Below are positions 1-10,746 of a DNA stretch of 64,000 bases, in pieces. The notes under the pieces are model-generated. The model saw only the letters and a list, made by a program, of their open reading frames with translations, made no database searches and was not told the origin of the DNA. The DNA is taken from positions 72,912 through 136,911 of the forward strand of contig JANOSY010000031.1 of NCBI GenBank assembly GCA_031416075.1, read 5' to 3'. Source of the DNA: Candidatus Tenderia sp. (GTDB lineage: Bacteria > Pseudomonadota > Gammaproteobacteria > Tenderiales > Tenderiaceae). Each line of letters opens with the position of its first letter. The first letter of the stretch is position 1. The position numbers and the translations under genes are program-made.

Positions 1-62
1 TGTGTGCAAAGGTCTACTGACACTATAAAAATCCATTCTCCCCCGACATTGAAACTACAGTG

Positions 63-542
63 CTAATCATCGGCCTCTTTTAGCAGCACTACTGCATAGG
101 TTGCAATTCCCTCTTTGCGTCCGGCAAATCCCATACCTTCCGTTGTGGTTGCCTTGATGTTGAGCCGTGTTTCGTTGATCTCCAGATCGGCGGCAAGCAC
201 GGCTATCATCTGCGGGATATGGGGTTTCATCTTGGGTGTTTGGGCAACGATGGTGATGTCGGCATTGCCGATGCTGAAACCACCCGCTTTAAGCTTAACC
301 ATCACCTCACGCAGCAGGATACGGCTATCGATATCTTTGTAACTGGCACTGGTATCGGGAAAGAGTCCGCCAATATCCCCCATGCCGGCGGCACCCAGCA
401 GTGCGTCGATCAGGGCGTGAATCACCACATCACCATCGGAATGGGCCAACATCCCCTGCTCATGGGGGATATTCACCCCGCCCAGTATCAACTTTCTGTT
501 GACGGCAAAGCGGTGGGCATCATAACCGTGTCCTATACGCAT
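63..542 (-). CDS. ispF: 2-C-methyl-D-erythritol 2,4-cyclodiphosphate synthase
   Basis: MRIGHGYDAH and HSDGDV motifs, NIKATTTEGMGF; follows ispD. Confidence 0.98.
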   Translation of the reverse strand: MRIGHGYDAHRFAVNRKLILGGVNIPHEQGMLAHSDGDVVIHALIDALLGAAGMGDIGGLFPDTSASYKDIDSRILLREVMVKLKAGGFSIGNADITIVAQTPKMKPHIPQMIAVLAADLEINETRLNIKATTTEGMGFAGRKEGIATYAVVLLKEADD

Positions 543-1256
543 CTACTCGTGCTCCTGTCGGGCCATGTACATCTCGGCCAGGGTTAAGTCTTCGGGGCGG
601 GTGATTTTAATGTTATCAGCGCGGCACTCAACCATGCGTGGTATATGGCCTGCCCGTTCAATGGCCGCGGCCTCATCAGTCACCAATGTATGGGTATTCA
701 ACGCCTCTGCCAGCGCCTGTTTCAGCAGCCCATAACGGAACATCTGCGGCGTCATGGCGCGCCAGAGATTATCGCGACTGACCGTGGCGATCACTGCGCC
801 CTGTTCATCGGTACGTTTCATGGTATCGGCCACCGGCACACCGAGCAGACCACCCACAGCATGATCGGACAATGCGGTAATCAATCGATCGATGTCGTTG
901 TGATGCAGACAAGGGCGCGCGGCATCATGTACCAGCACCCAGTCATCATCATGGGCGCGACCTTCAAGTTTAAGCAAACCGTTGTAGACCGAGTGGCAAC
1001 GCTCAGCCCCACCCACCGTGGTGAGCAGCTTGTTTTGTTTGGAGAGTTTGGCGACAACCGTTGGCCAGTGCTCGTCATCAGCACCCAGTGCCACCACTAC
1101 AGCATTGATCTGCATATGACGACACAAACGACGGAGGGTATGTTCGATAACAGTGCAACCATGCAGGTTAAGATACTGCTTAGGAATAGCAACGCCCATG
1201 CGTCTGCCCACGCCAGCGGCAGGCACAACGGCCCAATAGTTAGGTGGGTTGTTCAT
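543..1256 (-). CDS. ispD: 2-C-methyl-D-erythritol 4-phosphate cytidylyltransferase
   Basis: PAAGVGRRM..PKQY, VLVHDAARP, NIKITRPEDL. Confidence 0.98.
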   Translation of the reverse strand: MNNPPNYWAVVPAAGVGRRMGVAIPKQYLNLHGCTVIEHTLRRLCRHMQINAVVVALGADDEHWPTVVAKLSKQNKLLTTVGGAERCHSVYNGLLKLEGRAHDDDWVLVHDAARPCLHHNDIDRLITALSDHAVGGLLGVPVADTMKRTDEQGAVIATVSRDNLWRAMTPQMFRYGLLKQALAEALNTHTLVTDEAAAIERAGHIPRMVECRADNIKITRPEDLTLAEMYMARQEHE

Positions 1257-1522
1257 TCGACGATCTGGAAGAAGACTTCATCTTTTTTGACCATGCCCAA
1301 CTCGCTGCGGGCACGCTCTTCAATCGCCTCTACACCCTGCTTAAGGTCTTGCACCTCAGCATCAAGGGCGGCATTACGTTCATGAATCTTGGCGTTCTCC
1401 GCCTTCTGTTTTTCGATGGAGTGATGTAGCCGCGAAACCTCGGCCAGACTCCCCTCGCCTACCCATAGCCGGTATTGCAGACCGGCCAATAGAATAATCA
1501 GTATGACGTTGATCCACTTCAT
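1253..1522 (-). CDS. ftsB: cell division protein FtsB
   Basis: TM segment + LQYRLWVGEGS + coiled coil + EERARSELGM; eno-ftsB-ispD synteny; start placed at the MKW ATG (1522). Confidence 0.95.
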   Translation of the reverse strand: MKWINVILIILLAGLQYRLWVGEGSLAEVSRLHHSIEKQKAENAKIHERNAALDAEVQDLKQGVEAIEERARSELGMVKKDEVFFQIVE

Positions 1523-1564
1523 GAGGTATGCCGTCGGCAATACGCCGACGGCCTCGGTTTCACC

Positions 1565-2887
<1,323 letters not shown>

Positions 2888-2932
2888 CTAAGTACAACAC
2901 TGGGCGCTGACATGCACCAACACCCCAATTTT

Positions 2933-3765
2933 TTATTGATTTTGTTCGATAAAGCCGCTCGACTTCACCGTCATATCTAACTGCTTCAACGTCTGCAACA
3001 GCGCCTCCATCTGACCCAACGGCCAGGCATTAGGGCCATCGCTCAGCGCTTTATCGGGATCAGGGTGGGTTTCCATGAACAGGCCGGAAATCCCCGCCGC
3101 CACCGCCGCCCTTGCCAATACCGGCACAAACTCTCGCTGCCCACCGGAGCTCTGCCCCTGACCACCGGGCTGCTGCACCGAATGGGTGGCATCAAAGACC
3201 ACCGGGCAACCGGTCTCACGCATGATCGCCAGGCCGCGAATATCCGTAATCAGCGTATTGTAACCGAAGGAGGTGCCACGATCGCAGACCATAATCTGAT
3301 CGTTACCCACTTCACGGGCCTTGGCGACGACATTGGCCATATCCCAAGGGGCCAGGAACTGCCCCTTTTTGATATTCACCGGTTTGCCCTGACGGGCAAC
3401 ATTCTGAATAAAGTTAGTCTGACGACAGAGGAACGCCGGGGTTTGCAATACATCCACCACACTGGCTACCTCATCCAATGGAGTATCTTCATGGACGTCG
3501 GTCAACACCGCCACACCCAGCTCATCTTTCACCCGTTGCAGGATACGCAGCCCCTCTTCAATACCGGGACCCCGAAAGCTCTTGCTCGACGTGCGGTTGG
3601 CCTTATCAAACGAAGACTTATAGATAAAAGGGATGCCAAGACGTGAAGTCATCTCTTTCAACGCCGCCGCCGTCTCCAGCGCCAGCGCCTCACTCTCAAT
3701 CACACAGGGACCGGCAATGAGGAAAAAGGGGTGATCAAGTCCTGCTTCAAACCCACATAGTTTCA

Positions 3766-3766
<1 letters not shown>
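2933..3766 (-). CDS. kdsA: KDO8P synthase
   Basis: [27 protein letters not shown]. Confidence 0.98.
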
Positions 3767-5469
<1,703 letters not shown>

Positions 5470-5598
5470 TCAATGCGGGAAGCCGGAATTTTTAACACTC
5501 ACCCATACAAGATTGGCCAAGATCGGCCAAACCCCTCACCACCGGCAAAATTCAGGCACATATAGACACCAGCAACAGCAATCGCTAACATACGCCCC

Positions 5599-5703
5599 GT
5601 CATTGGGGAGTAGCCGCCTTTCTATATTGAAGGGGCTGACGTCAACACACTTGGCCCTCACGGCCATGGCGTCAACAGAACATTTCCTGGCAAGACCTTT
5701 GAC
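5599..5703 (+). ncRNA. yybP-ykoY manganese-sensing riboswitch aptamer
   Basis: GGGGAGTAGC...CGTCAACACACTTGG...CCATGGCG...GGCAAGACC with P1 GTCATTGG/CCTTTGAC; lies directly upstream of a TMEM165/GDT1 gene. Confidence 0.88.
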
Positions 5704-5770
5704 CATACCACCCTTGCATTGGCCGGGGGGGAGTATGGTCATTGGAATTAAACCGGCCAGGAGCTCTAAT

Positions 5771-6337
5771 ATGGACGCATTTTTTATATCAACAGGCATT
5801 GTCGCCCTGGCCGAAATTGGCGATAAAACCCAGCTACTGGCCTTTATGCTGGCCGCCAAATACCGCAAACCCACCCCTATCATCCTCGGCATTTTAGTCG
5901 CCACCCTCGCCAATCATGCGGCGGCTGGGGCATTAGGCGGATGGCTCAGCACGCTGTTCAGTGCCGAAGCATTACGCTGGGCACTGGGGGCATCCTTTAT
6001 TGCCATGGCAATCTGGATATTAATCCCCGACAAACTCGATGATAAACAGAGCCAGCTCACTCACTTCGGTATATTTGGCACTACGCTCATCCTCTTTTTT
6101 CTGGCTGAAATGGGCGACAAAACCCAAATTGCCACCATCGCTCTGGCCGCTCAATACCAGCACATAGTAGCCGTGGTGGCAGGAACCACCCTTGGCATGA
6201 TGATAGCCAACGTGCCTGCGGTCATATTTGGTGAAAAAATAACCCGGCACATCCCACTCAACGTAGTACACGGCATCGCTGCGCTTATTTTTGCCGTGTT
6301 GGGCATTATCACCCTCATAGGGGCGATAACCCTATAA
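5771..6337 (+). CDS. TMEM165/GDT1 (UPF0016, MneA-like) manganese exporter
   Basis: Two E-x-G-D-K-T-Q motifs (AEIGDKTQ, AEMGDKTQ); AGGAG RBS before the ATG at 5771; the longer ORF-track start runs through the riboswitch. Confidence 0.93.
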   Translation: MDAFFISTGIVALAEIGDKTQLLAFMLAAKYRKPTPIILGILVATLANHAAAGALGGWLSTLFSAEALRWALGASFIAMAIWILIPDKLDDKQSQLTHFGIFGTTLILFFLAEMGDKTQIATIALAAQYQHIVAVVAGTTLGMMIANVPAVIFGEKITRHIPLNVVHGIAALIFAVLGIITLIGAITL

Positions 6338-6390
6338 AATGAGAGGCCAAACATCCGCCCCCCACTCTTACCAACCATATCCAACACATT

Positions 6391-6426
6391 AAAAGGCCCA
6401 CTACTGGGGGCAGTAGCGGGCCTCTT
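6391..6426 (-). terminator. intrinsic terminator downstream of efp
   Basis: Minus strand AGGCCCGCTACTG-CCCC-CAGTAGTGGGCCT followed by TTT, between convergent genes. Confidence 0.7.
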
Positions 6427-6451
6427 AACTACAACGCGGTTTTAATGAGTA

Positions 6452-7012
6452 CTATTTGGCGCGGCTGCGGTACTCATCAGTACGGGTATCAATTTCGATT
6501 TTATCGCCAATTTCAACAAAGGCGGGAACCGAAAGTTCATAGCCAGAAGGCAACTTAGCCAGTTTCATCACCTTGCCAGAGGTATCCCCTTTGGCAGCGG
6601 GTTCTGTGTAGATAACTTCACGAACCAGGGTGGTTGGCAGGTTAACGGAGATCGCCTTACCGTTATAGAAGACCACTTCACACGGCATTCCATCTTCGAG
6701 GTACTTCAGCGCGTCTTCGACGTTTTCAGCTTCAATTTCATACTGTTCGTAATCGCCATCCATAAAGACATACATCGGATCGGCAAAATAGGAGTAGGTA
6801 ACCTCTTTGGCATCCAGGATTACCTGTTCAAACTTATCATCAGCACGGTAAACAGTCTCCATCGCCGCACCGTTGAGCAGATTTTTCATCTTCATCTTCA
6901 CAACGGCAGAGTTACGACCGGACTTATTAAAATCAGCCTTCAGCACCACCATCGGATCGTTACCGACCATAATTACCTGACCTGCACGCACTTCCTGAGC
7001 AACTTTCATCAT
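6452..7012 (-). CDS. efp: elongation factor P, Arg32 (EarP-rhamnosylated) type
   Basis: Loop [11 protein letters not shown] with Arg at the modified position; KGDTS and KIEIDTRT C-terminal motifs. Confidence 0.96.
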   Translation of the reverse strand: MMKVAQEVRAGQVIMVGNDPMVVLKADFNKSGRNSAVVKMKMKNLLNGAAMETVYRADDKFEQVILDAKEVTYSYFADPMYVFMDGDYEQYEIEAENVEDALKYLEDGMPCEVVFYNGKAISVNLPTTLVREVIYTEPAAKGDTSGKVMKLAKLPSGYELSVPAFVEIGDKIEIDTRTDEYRSRAK

Positions 7013-7051
7013 GGGAGCATCAACCTTGGCTAATAAAAAAAGAGAGGGAGA

Positions 7052-7344
7052 TTATAAATATTTTTCACAAAAATGCACTAAATTCGTCATCATGCCCCCC
7101 AAATCACCCAGTCCATCGACCTGTTTCTCACCATAATTCAGCCAACTGCTCGCACCAAACCACAAAGGGCAACCACCACCCAGCCACTCTTCCCTCTGGC
7201 GGAAAACCTTCCCTATCAGGGATCTACCGGCCCACTGGGCGCAAACAAGGAGTCTTCCCCGCTCACAAAATTGAGGCCACGCACCCACAGCAACCGGTCA
7301 TAACCATCCTGCTCCAGGAATGGGCAGATGCACCGTCAAACCAC
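7052..7344 (-). pseudogene. earP: EF-P arginine rhamnosyltransferase remnant (C-terminal part, frameshifted)
   Basis: Across two frameshifts: GGLTVHL / PFLEQDGYDRLLWVRGLNFVSGEDS / VCAQWAGRSLIGKVFRQREE...NLVHFCEKYL*, resembling EarP 'PFxxQDxYDRLLW..NxVRGEDSFVRAQWAGRP'; sits immediately upstream of efp. Confidence 0.82.
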
Positions 7345-7349
7345 CTTAG

Positions 7350-7422
7350 GGAAGCGCTGAATACCCACTCCGTTTATAGTGGATTTGTCGAGCCATGGCC
7401 AGAGAGGATATTCAGAGACTCA
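7350..7422. mobile_element. IS5-like miniature element or IS scar
   Basis: Imperfect terminal inverted repeats GGAAGCGCTGAATA / TATTCAGAGACTCA (10/14) flanked by direct repeat CTTAG (7345-7349, 7423-7427). Confidence 0.5.
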
Positions 7423-7512
7423 CTTAGAGCTATGTACGTTAAGAGTTCAGGTTAAAATCCTCTGCCAGTCCAAAGCAACAACCCATTGGGTTTTTTTGCA
7501 ATGAGCGCAGAA

Positions 7513-9780
7513 CTATTTTAATAACATCTCTACTGCACCACGCCACGCAACAGGTGGTGTCTGCACATAACGCTGACAGAGTTTTAGATAAAAAGCACTG
7601 GGGCCATCCTCTGGGTAACGCATGGCCAGGCGTTGGAACATAATTAGTGACTCATTCCATGCCTGTGAAAAAAACAGCGCTTGTGCCAGTTCAAAGTCAG
7701 CGCATAAAACCTGCTCTGCCATTGAGTGTTGACTGGTATAACCCAGCAGCTCATGAAGGGTGACGGCCTGCTCTTTACCTACCAATATAAAACACCCCAA
7801 TTTTCGCGTGACTATTCCCATTACGTTTTGCAGCACCTCTTCCGAGGCGATGACGTTAGTACCGAGCTGTTTATTCAACCCCTGAATACGTGACGCAGTA
7901 TTAACGATATCACCCACTGCACGATATTCGTAGTGGTCCAACGCGCCGATGTTTCCAATCATCATCTCCCCGGCATGAAGACCTATACGTGTATGCAATA
8001 CCCTGTTTTGCTGCTGACTGAATTTAACCGCAGCAGCAGCAATATCAAGCGCGGCTTCACACGCCTGTTGCCGCAACTGTGGCTCTGGCTGTGGTGAGGA
8101 CCAGAGCGCTAACATTGCATCACCGATAACATCGGAGACGATGCCGTGATGAGCGCGCACCGGTGCAAAGAGTACTTCGTAGTAGGCGTTCATCAAATCA
8201 CTTAATACGTGGGGGGCAAGCCTTTCTGCCAGATGGGTATAACGCTCTGCATCCGTTGCCAGGCAGATGCCGTACATTAACTGGCCGGTGGCTGTGATGG
8301 GGGTGGCGTTGTCTGCAAAATGGTCAGCTACATTGCGTGGTACATAGTGGCTGAATGCCTGATGTATCTGTTGCTGGCTGCGATGCACATCACCATAACG
8401 ACAGAGCAGTGAGACGACTAATGCAATCGGTGTTTGAATAAACAGCGGGACCACCCAGGGCAGCCATATATTGGCCACATTAAACAGGATCGAGGCTGTC
8501 ATCAGGTAGAGTCCCGCGATAGTAACGCTGCCAATCACTATCAACAGGGATGACGGTAACCGCCCAACCCCTGCAATAAAAAACCCATACGCCGCTATTG
8601 ATAACATAAAAACGGTTGCTGTCAGGGGTTGAAGGGTTGTCTCTTCCAGAACATTGGCAAATGTGGTGGCGGCAATCTCCACACCACTTACATCGACACC
8701 GTTTGGTTGGGAGTAGACGGTAAAAAACCCATCTTTCTGTTCAGGCTGGCGATTTTCTGCGAAGCCTACAAACACTGCTTTGCCTCTGAACCGGGCAAGT
8801 GTCTCAGCATCTCCCCTCAATACATCGGCATACTCTATGGTAGGTATGGTGTGGGGGGGGCCATACAGATTTAAATAAGGTCTATTTTCCCCAGTATATG
8901 TAGTCAGTAGCGCTTCGACCTGCTTCTTATTTGCATCGCCGGATAACGCTGACTGAGAGATGTTCTGTTTTATTTTTCTCAAAAGCACGGGATGTGTAAG
9001 CAGCATTTCACGCGCATCGGGGTTAAAACTGGTGGCGTCTTCATTCACTATCTTTTTTTCCAGTAACTGCTGCATTAATGCAGCATCATCACCCGCCAGC
9101 TGCCGTAACCACTGCCTGACGGCTGGTGCGGTATAACGCTCCAGCGCCACAACGGGCAGTGTTGCAACATCGCCGGCAGAGGTATGAAAACTCCAGAACT
9201 GACTAACACGTATGGGGACCTTGGGTAAAACAAAAGGCGCGACACCACTGGCCGCCTCTGCAAGTGCGGGAAAAGGCAGCACCAGCTGCTCCACATAGAT
9301 ATCACTGCTGCTGTTGTCCGTAATTTCACGTTTAAGATAGGCAAACAACAGTACGTTTCCGGCCCGCCGGGTGGCGTCCACCAGCAGCTGATCTGTTTTC
9401 GGATCCCGTGGTTCTTTAAAAAAAACATCAAATGCCACCACAGTGGCCCCTGCCTCGGCCAGCTGGTCTATAATCTGTGCATGCATCTCCCGTGGCCACT
9501 GGGCTGGATCATTGATCAATCCCAAACGATCAGCAGAGCCTTTGTCTATAGACACAAGCACAACATCAGCCGGGGGCACACGATGGCCACGCAGTGTATA
9601 TAGGGTTTCCAGGCCGATGTTTTCTTCCCAATCCAGTCCAAAAGGTAGAAAATAGCTCAACAGGCCAATGGCCGCTGTGGATAGACCTAACAGCAGTACC
9701 TTGTTAAGCGCTACTGTTCTGCTAAAACGACGGCGTTGATCAGGCATTAAAGGTATGGCTCTTATGAGTATGCAATCCAA
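7513..9780 (-). CDS. CHASE2-domain class III nucleotide cyclase with C-terminal TPR-like helix
   Basis: CHASE2 motifs (WPR..HA, FDVFF, GVEIAA), 3 TM helices, cyclase motifs ATDAERYT, IGDA, RIGLHAG, GDIVNTASR; true start may be 9747. Confidence 0.92.
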   Translation of the reverse strand: MDCILIRAIPLMPDQRRRFSRTVALNKVLLLGLSTAAIGLLSYFLPFGLDWEENIGLETLYTLRGHRVPPADVVLVSIDKGSADRLGLINDPAQWPREMHAQIIDQLAEAGATVVAFDVFFKEPRDPKTDQLLVDATRRAGNVLLFAYLKREITDNSSSDIYVEQLVLPFPALAEAASGVAPFVLPKVPIRVSQFWSFHTSAGDVATLPVVALERYTAPAVRQWLRQLAGDDAALMQQLLEKKIVNEDATSFNPDAREMLLTHPVLLRKIKQNISQSALSGDANKKQVEALLTTYTGENRPYLNLYGPPHTIPTIEYADVLRGDAETLARFRGKAVFVGFAENRQPEQKDGFFTVYSQPNGVDVSGVEIAATTFANVLEETTLQPLTATVFMLSIAAYGFFIAGVGRLPSSLLIVIGSVTIAGLYLMTASILFNVANIWLPWVVPLFIQTPIALVVSLLCRYGDVHRSQQQIHQAFSHYVPRNVADHFADNATPITATGQLMYGICLATDAERYTHLAERLAPHVLSDLMNAYYEVLFAPVRAHHGIVSDVIGDAMLALWSSPQPEPQLRQQACEAALDIAAAAVKFSQQQNRVLHTRIGLHAGEMMIGNIGALDHYEYRAVGDIVNTASRIQGLNKQLGTNVIASEEVLQNVMGIVTRKLGCFILVGKEQAVTLHELLGYTSQHSMAEQVLCADFELAQALFFSQAWNESLIMFQRLAMRYPEDGPSAFYLKLCQRYVQTPPVAWRGAVEMLLK

Positions 9781-9935
9781 CGAAAGTGAGCATTTTGCCG
9801 AGCGGGGTCTGCTTGTGCAAGCAATGATGCCGGTATGTGATGGGATTCTAGGCTACACTGAGGCGCTGTTGAATAGATGGCTGGGGGCGCAACCATTATC
9901 CAATTCTCAGGCATGTAACCAAAGGATAGATAGTA

Positions 9936-10613
9936 ATGCACCACAATATTTCTGATGATTTATCTGCCACATTAAAACGTGTGCCACTGTTTGCGGCCCT
10001 GGATGATGATGAGCTGGAGGCTGTTCGCCCCCATATTGTGACGCGAAGTTATGCCAAAAACAGTGTCTTGATCACTGAGGGTGATGTCACGGACTCGCTC
10101 TATATCATTTTAAAAGGCAAAGTCAAAGTCTACCTGAGCGATGACCGCGGCAGAGAGGTTATCCTGAGCCAGCAGGTACCAGGGGAATATTTTGGTGAAC
10201 TGGCTCTGATTGACGACGCCGAACGCTCTGCTTCGGTGATGACTACAGAACCCTGTACTTTTGCAATTATTACCAAACAGGCATTTAAAGATATCCTGGC
10301 AGCCAACCCCAGTATCGCCATTACCCTGATCAAGGATTTGAGCCACCGCGTCCGCACGCTGACCGACAACGTTAAAAGCCTGGCGTTAATGGATGTTTAC
10401 GGCCGTGTCGCCAAAACCTTGTTGAGCCTGGCCCAACAGTCTGGCGATAAGCTATTAATTGATGAAAAGCTGACGCAACAGGATATCGCCGACCGGGTTG
10501 GGTCTTCACGCGAAATGGTGTCCAAGATACTAAAAGACCTGACCAATGGCGGTTATATTAGTGTTGATCACAAGCGTATTGTAATTAATGAACGGCTGCC
10601 TGCACGTTATTAA
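9936..10613 (+). CDS. Crp/Fnr family cNMP-binding transcriptional regulator
   Basis: FGELAL..RSASV phosphate-binding cassette; HTH LTQQDIADRVGSSREMVS; no FNR cysteine cluster. Confidence 0.93.
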   Translation: MHHNISDDLSATLKRVPLFAALDDDELEAVRPHIVTRSYAKNSVLITEGDVTDSLYIILKGKVKVYLSDDRGREVILSQQVPGEYFGELALIDDAERSASVMTTEPCTFAIITKQAFKDILAANPSIAITLIKDLSHRVRTLTDNVKSLALMDVYGRVAKTLLSLAQQSGDKLLIDEKLTQQDIADRVGSSREMVSKILKDLTNGGYISVDHKRIVINERLPARY

Positions 10614-10746
10614 CACTCTCAGAACAGGCACATGCGTAGCCATCCAATAGCTCATATATAAGATGGCTGTCCCCGGTAACGTTATGACACTGGTGATGTA
10701 ACGGCGGCGCTATCGCCGCCGCAGCGACACAGTTATAATAACCCTC

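Noticed and set aside
1-62. Expected truD downstream of ispF
   Set aside because: Too little sequence; the short minus-strand reading (MDFYSVSRPLHT) is not recognisable
9781-9935. CRP-type site between the cyclase and Crp genes (TGTGA-tgggat-TCTAG)
   Set aside because: Only one good half-site; not distinguishable from chance
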